A stretch of DNA of 61,120 nucleotides, filler included. It is 5 parts of 5 records of this genome, joined end to end, with 100 filler letters (N's around TTAATTAATTAA, not from the genome) between each part and the next. Parts side by side here need not be neighbours in the genome. Positions count along the whole stretch, not along the records: positions 30,909 to 47,462 come from SRR2962707_1568; positions 47,563 to 53,224 come from SRR2962707_1573; 3 more parts are not named here. The stretch is one strand, 5' to 3'. Below are positions 39,420 to 48,734 of the stretch, in pieces (position 1 is the first letter of the stretch; the number at the start of each line of letters is the position of its first letter). The notes beneath the pieces were generated by a model. The model did not search any database. It had not been told where the DNA came from and saw only the letters and a list, made by a program, of their open reading frames with translations. A program made the translations under genes and the position numbers.

Positions 39420-39842
39420 ATGACCGCTCCGGCGAACGCCGAGAACAGGGTCGAGCTGGACCTTGTGGAATATAGTACAGAGATTGTCGCTGCCTATGTC
39501 AGCCACAATGCCATCAGCCCGACTGACCTGCCGAAACTGATTTCGGAAGTGCATGCGGCGCTTCGCTCGCTTGGCGCGGAAGAAGCCGCCGCCCCGGTCG
39601 AAGAGAAAAAGCCGGCGGTGCCGGTTCGTAAGTCGGTCACGTCCGATTATATTGTGTGCCTTGAAGACGGTAAGAAATTCAAGTCGCTCAAGCGCCATTT
39701 GCGCACCCATTATAATCTCTCGCCGGAAGAATACCGCGAGAAATGGGGCCTGCCCGCCGATTACCCGATGGTCGCTCCGTCCTATTCCGCCACGCGCTCC
39801 AAGCTGGCCAAGGACAATGGACTGGGCCGCAAAGCCGGCTGA
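39420..39842 (+). CDS. mucR: MucR/Ros family transcriptional regulator
   Basis: IVAAYVSHN, CLEDGKKFKSLKRHL and YPMVAP motifs. Confidence 0.95.
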   Translation: MTAPANAENRVELDLVEYSTEIVAAYVSHNAISPTDLPKLISEVHAALRSLGAEEAAAPVEEKKPAVPVRKSVTSDYIVCLEDGKKFKSLKRHLRTHYNLSPEEYREKWGLPADYPMVAPSYSATRSKLAKDNGLGRKAG

Positions 39843-39867
39843 AGTTCCAATAGTTGGAAGTAGCACG

Positions 39868-39892
39868 AGGGCCGCGTCAGCGGCCCTTTTTT
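39868..39892 (+). terminator. Intrinsic terminator of mucR
   Basis: AGGGCCGC-gtca-GCGGCCCT followed by a T run. Confidence 0.8.
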
Positions 39893-39959
39893 GTTTGACG
39901 CCCCCACTTTTTGCATAACGGACACCGGGCACTTATCCCCGCATTGCGTCCGCTCCGAT

Positions 39960-39977
39960 ATAGGAATTATATCCTAT
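39960..39977. promoter_or_regulatory. Palindromic operator upstream of the gafY-like gene (RogA-like)
   Basis: ATAGGA-attata-TCCTAT, with core GGAA-N4-ATCC. Confidence 0.55.
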
Positions 39978-39995
39978 TTATGAGAGAGTGGTCCT

Positions 39996-40403
39996 ATGAC
40001 GGTTTGGATATCCACGGCAGCGCGGCTCGAACGCAATCGGTTGTCGGAGACACAACGGCGCGACTGCAAGATTGTCGTTCGCACAGTGTCCGGTGAAACA
40101 GGGGTTCGCTATTGCGATTTCTTTGCCTCCTCGCGCATGCGCCTGCACACAGCCGGTGCGCGGCAGCTGGCAATGTATTTGTGCCATGTGCTTTTGGGCA
40201 TGACCATGACCCAGGTCGGCCAGTTCTTTGGCCGGGATCGCACCACCGTCGCCTACGCCTGCGCGCACGTCGAGGATATGCGCGACGAAGGAGGAGATTA
40301 TGATCGCCGGCTCGTCGACCTCGAAGAACGGATCGACGCGGCCAGACGCACGCCTTGCGCGCTCGAAATCACCATGCAGGAGGTTTCCCATGCCGGCGCC
40401 TGA
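39996..40403 (+). CDS. DnaA C-terminal-like HTH protein, GafY-like GTA activator
   Basis: ARQLAMYLCH...VGQFFGRDRTTVAYAC; lies between mucR and a DUF6456 gene. Confidence 0.78.
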   Translation: MTVWISTAARLERNRLSETQRRDCKIVVRTVSGETGVRYCDFFASSRMRLHTAGARQLAMYLCHVLLGMTMTQVGQFFGRDRTTVAYACAHVEDMRDEGGDYDRRLVDLEERIDAARRTPCALEITMQEVSHAGA

Positions 40404-40875
40404 TTTTGGCTCGGCGCCATTGGGGCACCTGGCCCGGAGCCGCAACGGCGAGCCGGCCTTTCTCAACGCCCACCACCTTGAGGCAGCCGGACGTCTGCTG
40501 ACCCTTTTCGAACGCAGCCGGTTGCGCGCTCGCACTACGATGAACTATGGCCCGCGCGTTGAGAGGGGACGGAGTGGGCAAACTGACGATATCGGCGACA
40601 TGGCCCTGGACGCCCGGCGGCAATTGTCTGAACTCTATGGCGCACTGCCCCGTGACTGTGCGGACGTCGTCATCGATGTTTGTGGCTATGAAAAGGGTTT
40701 GCAGGACATCGAGCGCGAGCGGGGGTGGCCCAGACGTAGCGCCAAACTCGTCCTGCGCATCGGGCTCGATGCCTTGGCGGTCCGGTTCGGTTTGACCGCC
40801 AGTGCTATCGGCCAGGATGCGGCAGACACCCGAAGCTGGCTGAGCGAAGGAGCGAGGCCCGCAGAGTTTGGCTAA
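40390..40875 (+). CDS. DUF6456 protein, GafZ-like
   Basis: KGLQDIERERGWPRRSAKLVLRIGL sigma4-like HTH; overlaps the upstream gene. Confidence 0.78.
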   Translation: MPAPDFGSAPLGHLARSRNGEPAFLNAHHLEAAGRLLTLFERSRLRARTTMNYGPRVERGRSGQTDDIGDMALDARRQLSELYGALPRDCADVVIDVCGYEKGLQDIERERGWPRRSAKLVLRIGLDALAVRFGLTASAIGQDAADTRSWLSEGARPAEFG

Positions 40876-41303
40876 ACCTGAACGGCGGCCTGCGCGTCCG
40901 CGCGCAGGCGCGCAACCATGGCCGCCAGTCCGTTCGAGCGCTGCGTGGAAAGATGCTCGCGCAGACCGATTGAATCCAGAATCGGTAGCGCGTCGGTTGC
41001 TGCGATATCGGCTGCGGCGCGGCCCGAATAGAGCGCCAGAACGATAGCCACCAGCCCCCGGACGATCATTGCGTCGGAATCACCCCGAAAGGTCAGCACC
41101 GTCCCCGCGTCACTGGGCGCGCTTTCGGTGACCAGCCACACCTGCGATGCGCACCCATGCACCTTGTTGTTGGCGTTGTGCTCGTCATCGGTCAGCGGCG
41201 CCAGCCCCTGGCCGAGCTCGATGATATAGCGGTACCGATCCTCCCAGTCGTCGAGAAAGGACAGGTTGTCGGCGATTTCGTCAAAAGCGGCTGTCGTATT
41301 CAT
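40872..41303 (-). CDS. sufE: SufE family sulfur acceptor
   Basis: WEDRYRYIIELG, VHGCASQVWL, GDSDAMIVRGL and RSNG motifs. Confidence 0.93.
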   Translation of the reverse strand: MNTTAAFDEIADNLSFLDDWEDRYRYIIELGQGLAPLTDDEHNANNKVHGCASQVWLVTESAPSDAGTVLTFRGDSDAMIVRGLVAIVLALYSGRAAADIAATDALPILDSIGLREHLSTQRSNGLAAMVARLRADAQAAVQV

Positions 41304-41350
41304 GCCCGCTGTTTATCCCCTGATCCGATCCATTGGAAGGGGGAGACCCA

Positions 41351-41623
41351 TCAATAAGCCCAGTCTGGCCGGGGAGGAGGGAAGGCCGATACGGCTTTTG
41401 CCGTTGCCTGTGGTGCGGCGATCTGGGCAAGCACCGTCCGTCCCACTGCACATTCCACGCTCGCGCAGTTCGCGGGCAGCAGCGTTTCGCTGACGGCCTG
41501 CGCGCCTTGGCTCGTCAATTGCTCGCCGGCGGCGCGTGCCGAAGCGCCCACATCCATGCCCGCGCTGGGCGCCATGATCAGAAAGGCAGCGGAGAGCCAG
41601 AAGGCTGAGCGAACAACAAACAT
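41351..41623 (-). CDS. Small exported hypothetical protein (DUF5330-like position)
   Basis: MFVVRSAFWL N-terminus; lies between sufE and the divJ-like kinase. Confidence 0.6.
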   Translation of the reverse strand: MFVVRSAFWLSAAFLIMAPSAGMDVGASARAAGEQLTSQGAQAVSETLLPANCASVECAVGRTVLAQIAAPQATAKAVSAFPPPRPDWAY

Positions 41624-41848
41624 GAAATCAAACCTCGTCGTCCGGGGCATATGGACAGCGTCGAGAGGAGCCTAGAGGTCCGGCGTGAAGCATTTTTGGT
41701 AAACTCGCATAAAATTTTATCCGCATTTTACGCAAATGCCATCGGCCTCGACAGCGGCCCGTTAAGCAAGACTCTGTTTACGCTACCCCCAGAAACCTGC
41801 CTCGAGCGTTCAACGAATCCGGCCCCAGCGCGCCTCGAGCCGTTCGAC

Positions 41849-41863
41849 TTAATGGTGTCTTAG
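41849..41863. promoter_or_regulatory. CtrA-box-like site upstream of divJ-like kinase
   Basis: TTAA-tggtgtc-TTAG. Confidence 0.5.
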
Positions 41864-41949
41864 GGCTTGGATGGAAGTGTGGGCCAGCCAAAGGACGCCG
41901 TCCCAAAGCAAGGCCGCAGCATATCGCGGCAGTTAAAGTTGAGCATTTC

Positions 41950-43755
41950 ATGCGTAGCCCTTTTGCCGATTTCACCATTGCCCCTCAGTTGTCGACCGGT
42001 CCAGCCCGGTCAGGCCAGCGCAATGGTGTTCTGAGCCGCGTCCTGACGCTCAATACGATTTCAATGATGGTTGGCCTTGGCCTAGCGCTGGCTTTGTCCC
42101 TCGTCATGCTTTTTGACGGCAATGTTGCACCACTCGTCGCAACGATGGTCGTTTCCGGTCTCGTCGCGCTGTCGGGCGCCCTGCTTTTGCGTGGTGATCA
42201 CGAACCCACCGTCGCTGTTCACACGCTGGCGCTCGGGTTCATCGGCGCAATTTTCGCCGCCGGCGACCCCGCCATTATCGATCTCGGCCTTGCCCTTGGG
42301 CTCATAGCCGCACTTTACGCCCAGGTTCTGGGCAAGAGCCGCTACCGCGCGCTCGCATGGTCCGTTCCAGCATTGGTTCTTCTCACCAGCGCATTCGGAG
42401 GCGATGCAGGATCGATGACGTTGCAGGGCAACCTGCAGCCCTTCGCCTTCATAACCCTTGCCGCTTTTGCTGCAGTGGCGGCCGTTACCGCCACCCGCCT
42501 CGAAATCATCTCGGCCGAATCCCCGATTTCCCAGACGCGCGCCTTCGCCGTTCTCGCCGAGAACATTCTTGGCGCCGTCGTTCGCTACGGTGCGGATGGT
42601 GGGCCGGTCTTCATTTCGCGCTCTGCGGGCAATCTGTTGGGATGCCGCACGTTTGAACTCGATGGAGCGGGCCTTTTCGAGCGCGTCCATGTCATGGATC
42701 GCCCCGCCTATCGCAAAGCCATATCGGATGCGGCCAACGGCACACGGGCCAGCACTATCGAACTGCGCCTGCGCCGCGATGATGCCGAACCGGGTGCTGG
42801 AGCGCGCTACATCTGGGTCGAGTTTGCGCTCGCTCCTCTGGAGGGCGAGGATGCAGCTGGATCTTCGAATGACGTGCTTGCGGTCCTACGTGACGTTAGC
42901 GTGCGTAAGGACGCCGAGCAGGAGGTCGAGGCCGCGCGAAAACAGGCCGAAGATGCCTCGGAGGCCAAGTCGCGCTTCCTGGCAACCATAGGCCACGAAC
43001 TGCGTACGCCCCTCAACGCAATCGTGGGCTTTTCCGACATGATGTCGGAAGGGATCGGCGGTACGCTGTCTCCAACCCACACCGAATATGCGGGCCACAT
43101 CAGCCGCAGCGGTCATCATCTGCTCGATGTGGTCAATATGCTGCTCGACATGTCCAAGATCGAGGCAGGCAAGTTCGAGGTCCATGCCGAGCTCTTTGCG
43201 CCCCAGGCGCTGGTCGAGCCGTGCTTGCAGATGGTTGAAAACCTCGCCCGCGATCGGGCCGTCGCCATCGACGCGGCGGTTCCCGAAAAGCTGCCCCAGA
43301 TCATGGGCGACGAGCGGGCCTGCCGGCAGATTCTCATAAATCTGCTCTCCAACGCCGTGAAATTCAGCCATGATGGCGGTAGTGTTGCGCTGGCCATGCG
43401 GCGTCAGGGCAAAATGCTGGCCATCTCGGTCAGCGATTCGGGTATCGGCATGCGTCCCGAAACAGTCGAGCGTATCGGCGAGCCGTTCCTGCAGGGGCAG
43501 GACAGCCTTTCGCGACGGTACGAGGGCACCGGTCTGGGCCTCTCGATCGTCAAGGGGTTGGTCAGCCTGCACGGTGGCCGCCTCGACGTAGTGTCCGAGC
43601 AAGGCTTGGGAACCACGATATGCGTGCTCCTGCCGCTCGAAGGCCCACTGGGGGCTGGAAAAAGCTCTGCAACCATCGAACATCTTTACGCGACCAAGCG
43701 CGATAGCGACGAAGACAAATGGCTCCAAGACGAAAAAAGAAGCGCAGCAAAATGA
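41950..43755 (+). CDS. divJ: DivJ-like membrane PAS histidine kinase
   Basis: TM region, PAS domain, HELRTPLNAIVGFS, NLLSNAVKFS and GTGLGL motifs; Rhizobiales synteny. Confidence 0.75.
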   Translation: MRSPFADFTIAPQLSTGPARSGQRNGVLSRVLTLNTISMMVGLGLALALSLVMLFDGNVAPLVATMVVSGLVALSGALLLRGDHEPTVAVHTLALGFIGAIFAAGDPAIIDLGLALGLIAALYAQVLGKSRYRALAWSVPALVLLTSAFGGDAGSMTLQGNLQPFAFITLAAFAAVAAVTATRLEIISAESPISQTRAFAVLAENILGAVVRYGADGGPVFISRSAGNLLGCRTFELDGAGLFERVHVMDRPAYRKAISDAANGTRASTIELRLRRDDAEPGAGARYIWVEFALAPLEGEDAAGSSNDVLAVLRDVSVRKDAEQEVEAARKQAEDASEAKSRFLATIGHELRTPLNAIVGFSDMMSEGIGGTLSPTHTEYAGHISRSGHHLLDVVNMLLDMSKIEAGKFEVHAELFAPQALVEPCLQMVENLARDRAVAIDAAVPEKLPQIMGDERACRQILINLLSNAVKFSHDGGSVALAMRRQGKMLAISVSDSGIGMRPETVERIGEPFLQGQDSLSRRYEGTGLGLSIVKGLVSLHGGRLDVVSEQGLGTTICVLLPLEGPLGAGKSSATIEHLYATKRDSDEDKWLQDEKRSAAK

Positions 43756-44705
43756 ACGCCGGTATTGCCCACATCCCCCTTGCCCTTGGCGCGGGTGCCG
43801 CCAGCATTGTCGGCCACGCCCTTTCGTGGGGCGCTACGCGGTTTGCCCGTTCACCCATGGCTTCCACCGGCCTTGTGCTGATCTCCGGCCTCACGTTGAT
43901 GGCGGCAACCAACGCCCTGTTTCTTCAGGACACCCGCCATCCTGCGCCGCTGTTTACGTCAGGGTCTGCCCAACCTGCTTCGATCGAGCCGGTCGTGGTC
44001 GAGCCTGTGGAAATTCCCCAGCGACCGGTTGCGGAGCCCGCTGCCCCCGTTTCGGCCCCCGCCGTCAACCAGCAGGCCGTCACGCCAACCCCCGCGACGT
44101 CTGAGCCCACAACGCCCGCCATCGGCAATCAGGACATTGCCGATCTGCAGGAAAAGCTCAAGGCGATGGGGATATTCGACGGTACGGTCGACGGCTATTA
44201 CGGTCCCAGGACCGCTGACGCGATTCGCGATTTCGAGTCGCGTTTCAATCTTCCGCGTACCGGCGCCGCCACGCCGCAGGTGATCAAGGCCGTCCGGGAA
44301 GCCCCGTTGCAAACGTCGCAGGCCGCCCAGCCAGCCCCCGCCCAACCCGCCGCGGCAACGCCGCAGGCCGATGAGGTCGCCCCGCTTCTCGCCCAGATGC
44401 AGGAAACGGCTCCGACGGCGCCTGCAACCGTCGAGCGCCAGACTGTAGCCGATATTTCGCCCGACCTGCCGGCCGCCGCAACCGCCGAGCCTAGCGTGCC
44501 CGCCGTCCTGAATGGCGATCTGGTCAGCGATATTCAGCGCGGCCTGAGCCGCCTCGGCTTCCTGCAGGGGCCGGTTAACGGCGTTGCTGACGAGGCGACG
44601 GCGCGGGCCATTCGTCAGTTCCAGATTTTCAACAACTACCGCCCGACAGGCGAGGTCAGCCCCGTGCTGCGTCAGATGCTGGTCGAGGCCGGGGCTTTCC
44701 TGTAA
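43752..44705 (+). CDS. Peptidoglycan-binding domain protein (two PG_binding_1 domains)
   Basis: LQEKLKAMG...VDGYYGPRTADAIRDFE and IQRGLSRLG...TARAIRQFQ. Confidence 0.85.
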   Translation: MNAGIAHIPLALGAGAASIVGHALSWGATRFARSPMASTGLVLISGLTLMAATNALFLQDTRHPAPLFTSGSAQPASIEPVVVEPVEIPQRPVAEPAAPVSAPAVNQQAVTPTPATSEPTTPAIGNQDIADLQEKLKAMGIFDGTVDGYYGPRTADAIRDFESRFNLPRTGAATPQVIKAVREAPLQTSQAAQPAPAQPAAATPQADEVAPLLAQMQETAPTAPATVERQTVADISPDLPAAATAEPSVPAVLNGDLVSDIQRGLSRLGFLQGPVNGVADEATARAIRQFQIFNNYRPTGEVSPVLRQMLVEAGAFL

Positions 44706-44715
44706 CGCTGGCCCC

Positions 44716-45051
44716 ATGCAGCAGCTTCGCTCGGACATCTGGTGCGCCGCCTTTGTGCGCCGCCACAACAATAATGGAAATTTCTGCGTCGTCTCGCGCC
44801 GCGGCGATGCGATTGCCGGCCAGATATGGATCGAAATCGATCATCTCGATGGCACGGTCTCGCTCCTTACCCCGGCGCCCGGCGCCACGATGGACCCGCC
44901 ACCCGATCACCGGGTGTTCCAAAAGCGATTCGAGCGCACAGACCCGATTACCATCAAGGACCGCATAGCGCGGGAGATCGAATTCGATCAGGATCTTTGG
45001 GTCCTGTCCGTCGATTGCCGCAGCGATGATCTTGGGCTGGATCTGGCCTAG
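44716..45051 (+). CDS. DUF1491 family protein
   Basis: LRSDIWCAAFVRR, RRGDAIAG and REIEFDQDLWV motifs. Confidence 0.82.
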   Translation: MQQLRSDIWCAAFVRRHNNNGNFCVVSRRGDAIAGQIWIEIDHLDGTVSLLTPAPGATMDPPPDHRVFQKRFERTDPITIKDRIAREIEFDQDLWVLSVDCRSDDLGLDLA

Positions 45052-46199
45052 CTCGCCCTGCGCACCGACTTCATCCGGTCGAGTGCTTCGATCGCCTGAT
45101 CGCCAACGGTTCCCGTTCTCGAAACCTGCTGTGCCTCTGGCGTGCGGCGGCTGGGCTCGGCGAAACGGGCATATTCGGGCCGCGAGAGTTCGGCAGGCCG
45201 GACGTCGCCCCGCCAGGCACTCATCATATACACCATGGCCGGAACGCTCACTTCATCGAAAAGCCGCGCAAAGCTGGCCAGGGTCTTGGAGCGGTCGGCA
45301 TCGTGGCTGGTTGCGTGAATGAGCACCTTGAGCCCATCATAGGACGTGCATCCGAAGGCCCGCAGCACAACGAACAGCGCAGCGCCGCTCGTGTCATGCG
45401 CGATTTCCGCGCAGCGCAGTTCGTCCAGGCCGATGATCTGGCTGATAAGACGGGTGATCTTTGGTCGGCGGTTTTCCGAGAACAGCTTCATCAGCGCCCC
45501 GGTAAATTCGTTGGTTGCCACCGAGATCTGCTCGAACGTCCGCATCATCGGGGCTTGCGGCAGGTTGCGCCGTGCATAGGCCTTCAGCACGTTGATTCGA
45601 CCTTCTTCGGGCAGGTCGAAAAACACGCCTGTCAAAAGCGCCGCGTCGAAATCTTCGCGCTCGGCGAGAATCGCCGCGACCTCGTGGTCCATCTCGGCCG
45701 AGCGGGTCAAAGCGTTGAGATAGGCCCCGCGTGGCGCAATCGATACATTGGCGGCCAGCGCGCGGTATACCTTGCGGCTGTTGACCGGAAACAGCCGGGC
45801 CAGAATTGCATTGGAGAGGGCAGGGCGCCGGGCAATGGCTGCGATCACATCCGCATTGCCCTTGCCGATAAGCCGCTCCATCACATCGTCGGAAAGCGAA
45901 GGCGCGCGTTCGAGATGGGCGATCAGACCCGTGCCCAGATGGTCATACACCAGGATTTCAAGTTGGGGCGTGAGGTGTTGCGCACTAGCGAGGATGCCCG
46001 CTGCCCTGGCGCGGGCCGTCGGCGCTGCCGTGGGAAACAGGCGCCGGGCCAGGGCTTCGAACTGCTCGGCCTCGGCCGTCAAGGGCTTGCTGCGCCGTGC
46101 ATAGGCGTCGCATGCGGCCACCAGAAGTGTGTTGGCCCGCTCGACGCCGCCGGTTTCAATCAGCAGCTGAAACGTCTCATATGGCTGAAAGCCGATCAT
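45048..46199 (-). CDS. DUF2336-like alpha-helical protein
   Basis: Ala/Leu-rich helical ORF with AAIARRPALS; position next to DUF1491. Confidence 0.65.
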   Translation of the reverse strand: MIGFQPYETFQLLIETGGVERANTLLVAACDAYARRSKPLTAEAEQFEALARRLFPTAAPTARARAAGILASAQHLTPQLEILVYDHLGTGLIAHLERAPSLSDDVMERLIGKGNADVIAAIARRPALSNAILARLFPVNSRKVYRALAANVSIAPRGAYLNALTRSAEMDHEVAAILAEREDFDAALLTGVFFDLPEEGRINVLKAYARRNLPQAPMMRTFEQISVATNEFTGALMKLFSENRRPKITRLISQIIGLDELRCAEIAHDTSGAALFVVLRAFGCTSYDGLKVLIHATSHDADRSKTLASFARLFDEVSVPAMVYMMSAWRGDVRPAELSRPEYARFAEPSRRTPEAQQVSRTGTVGDQAIEALDRMKSVRRAS

Positions 46200-46259
46200 T
46201 TGGTCGACTCGTCCCCCGGTCCACTCTCTTGCTTGTTCGTCACTATTGACTGAGATTCG

Positions 46260-46275
46260 TTAGCGGACTGTTAAC
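46260..46275. promoter_or_regulatory. CtrA-box-like site with adjacent GANTC
   Basis: TTAG-cggactg-TTAAC; GATTC at 46254-46258. Confidence 0.6.
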
Positions 46276-46366
46276 CTTGACGAAGTCTTAATGGGACATG
46301 TTCGGATCCGGGGCGGCATGGTGCCGGCGGGGCAAGCGGAGGACCGGACGCACCACGAGGCCAATT

Positions 46367-46534
46367 ATGGGTATGCTGGTAAAATTCAGCCCCAAAGACG
46401 CCCGTTCCGCACCGGCAGCGACCGATGGGCGTGGCGGGCAGGTCATATTGTTCACGGGCGTTCGTTATGAGCGTGGGGCTGGAGGGATCAATCCCGGACC
46501 GGCGCCAAAGATCAGGCGGACCCGCAAGGGCTGA
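46367..46534 (+). CDS. Small hypothetical protein (55 aa)
   Basis: GAGG RBS; GQVILFTGVRYER core. Confidence 0.6.
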   Translation: MGMLVKFSPKDARSAPAATDGRGGQVILFTGVRYERGAGGINPGPAPKIRRTRKG

Positions 46535-46540
46535 AAGACT

Positions 46541-47353
46541 TTGAAAGACTGGTTGGTTGGCGGCGCTCTTGCAGCCGCGGCATGTTTGTTGCTGTCCGGC
46601 TGTGCCCGTCCGACGGGGGATTTCGGCCGCGCCGCACCCAGCGTGCTCCATGATCGTATCATGCCGACGGTGGGAGACGCGCGTGCCGCAGCCGCCGGCG
46701 AGCCGGTTTCCAACTTCAATCAGACCGATCAGGAACGCGAGATGCATGACCGCGTCTGGCGTTTCCTTGTCGCGCCACACGCCCATGACTGGTTCTACGA
46801 TACAGCGGTCGAATTGCAGCGCACCCGCATTGCCGCCAATCTCGACACCCAATTCATCGCGGACCGCTACTATGCGACCCTGCGCAGCACCCAATACCAG
46901 TCCTCGCGTGTCCGCTACCGCAAGGTTGCCGACGATATCGGTATCGATATCGCCACCATCCCCACGACCTTCGCCGCCATCTGCCGGGTCATCGAGGTGG
47001 ATCGCCAGCGCGCCATTGCCGTTTCCAACGTGACGCTCGCCGCGCCCGATGCGCGGGCCCAGGTCGCAGCCCGCAAGTGGGAAAACGACCGGACGATCGA
47101 CTGGTTCACCCGCGCGCTCACATACCGCTACCAGTCCTATTCGGTGGCGCTCGAGCGCCTTCTCGTCGAAACGCCGCACGAAGAGGGCCGTGTCGTCGAC
47201 GCCCAGCTTGCGCGCATGCAGCCCTACGTGGCCCGCGCCCAGGCGGGCGACTTCTGTCTCGTGGGCGGGGATGGACTGGTCTTCAAGGACACGGGTGTCG
47301 CTTCGCGCTACGAAACTGCGCCGTTCACGCCCGAACCGCTGGTGAGGAAATAG
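46541..47353 (+). CDS. Hypothetical lipoprotein
   Basis: LLSGC lipobox followed by TGDFGR. Confidence 0.75.
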   Translation: MKDWLVGGALAAAACLLLSGCARPTGDFGRAAPSVLHDRIMPTVGDARAAAAGEPVSNFNQTDQEREMHDRVWRFLVAPHAHDWFYDTAVELQRTRIAANLDTQFIADRYYATLRSTQYQSSRVRYRKVADDIGIDIATIPTTFAAICRVIEVDRQRAIAVSNVTLAAPDARAQVAARKWENDRTIDWFTRALTYRYQSYSVALERLLVETPHEEGRVVDAQLARMQPYVARAQAGDFCLVGGDGLVFKDTGVASRYETAPFTPEPLVRK

Positions 47354-47462
47354 TGCAATAGAGTCGGCCCACCTGCAGCCGTGGTGCTGGCACTGATCGG
47401 GTTGAGTTCGCTGAAGCTTCGACATGCGAAATCCTCCGACGGTCAAATGACCTCGGCTTGTA

Positions 47463-47562
47463 NNNNNNNNNNNNNNNNNNNNNNNNNNNNNNNNNNNNNN
47501 NNNNNNTTAATTAATTAANNNNNNNNNNNNNNNNNNNNNNNNNNNNNNNNNNNNNNNNNNNN
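47463..47562. other. Artificial contig spacer
   Basis: 100-bp N run containing TTAATTAATTAA; GC drops sharply afterwards. Confidence 0.97.
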
Positions 47563-47649
47563 TATCAATTTCATCCTGAGTCTATTTTGACGCCAAATGG
47601 CGCCGCGCTACTTCAACAAAGTATGCAATTTTTAGCCAATGCACAGTAA
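47563..47649 (+). CDS. trpG: Anthranilate synthase component II, C-terminal fragment
   Basis: YQFHPESILTPNG... ending in TAA just before trpD. Confidence 0.85.
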   Translation, partial: YQFHPESILTPNGAALLQQSMQFLANAQ

Positions 47650-47660
47650 TAGAGGATCGT

Positions 47661-48734
47661 ATGTCAGTAAACCAACAATCAGCCAATGAGGCGAGCATTG
47701 GCGCAATGATTGATGTGTTATTAACGCAATCATCATTAAGCTTTAGTCAAAGCCAGCAATTATTTGATGCCATCATGCAGGGCAATGTAAACGACATTGA
47801 ATTGACCGCCATTTTAGTGGCACTAAAAATCAAAGGTGAAGTCAGTGATGAAATTGCTGGCGCCGCAGCATCAATGCGCGCCAACGCCGTACCATTTACC
47901 ACCACGGCCACTAATTTAGCTGATAGCTGCGGCACTGGTGGTGATGGTTCAAACACTATAAATATTAGTACCACTGCAGCAATCGTTGCTGCAGCCTGCG
48001 GTATTAATATGGTCAAACATGGTAATCGCAGTGTATCAAGTAACTCAGGCTCTGCTGATTTACTCAAAGCGCTGGGCATAAATATCGATATGGCACCTGT
48101 ACAAGCGGTTGCCTGTTTAGAGCAAACAGGTTTTACTTTTTTGTTTGCGCCCCATTACCACAGCGGTGTACGCCACGCGATGGGAGTGCGTACCACTTTA
48201 AAAACCCGCACTATCTTTAATATATTAGGCCCATTGGCAAACCCTGCCGCGCCCGACGTACAACTACTCGGAGTGTATGACGAAAGCTTATGCCTGCCAA
48301 TGGCACAAACCTTAAAAACACTTGGCACACCGCGCGCTATGGTCGTGCATGGCTCGGGGACCGATGAAATCGCCTTGCATGGTAAAACCACCGTTGCAGA
48401 GCTCAATAATGGTGAAATCACTCAATACACATTGACCCCTGCGGATTTTGGTCTTGCAAACTATTCACTTGAACAATTAGCCGGTGAAGGTCCAGAATAT
48501 AACGCGAAGGCAAGTCGTGCGGTTTTAGCAGGTAACGGCACAGACGCCCACAATGCAGCCATCATTGTAAATGTTGCCGCGTTACTTTATTTAACCAATA
48601 AAGCAGATGATTTTAAAAGCGCCGCTGTGCACGTTAAAACCGTATTACAAACTGGTCGCGCATTAAGCACACTGAACGCCATAGTTGAGCAAAGTAATAA
48701 AGCAGTAGTAAATTCAGAGGTAACTAATGGCTAA
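47661..48734 (+). CDS. trpD: Anthranilate phosphoribosyltransferase
   Basis: DSCGTGGDG, NIST and KHGNRSVSS motifs. Confidence 0.96.
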   Translation: MSVNQQSANEASIGAMIDVLLTQSSLSFSQSQQLFDAIMQGNVNDIELTAILVALKIKGEVSDEIAGAAASMRANAVPFTTTATNLADSCGTGGDGSNTINISTTAAIVAAACGINMVKHGNRSVSSNSGSADLLKALGINIDMAPVQAVACLEQTGFTFLFAPHYHSGVRHAMGVRTTLKTRTIFNILGPLANPAAPDVQLLGVYDESLCLPMAQTLKTLGTPRAMVVHGSGTDEIALHGKTTVAELNNGEITQYTLTPADFGLANYSLEQLAGEGPEYNAKASRAVLAGNGTDAHNAAIIVNVAALLYLTNKADDFKSAAVHVKTVLQTGRALSTLNAIVEQSNKAVVNSEVTNG

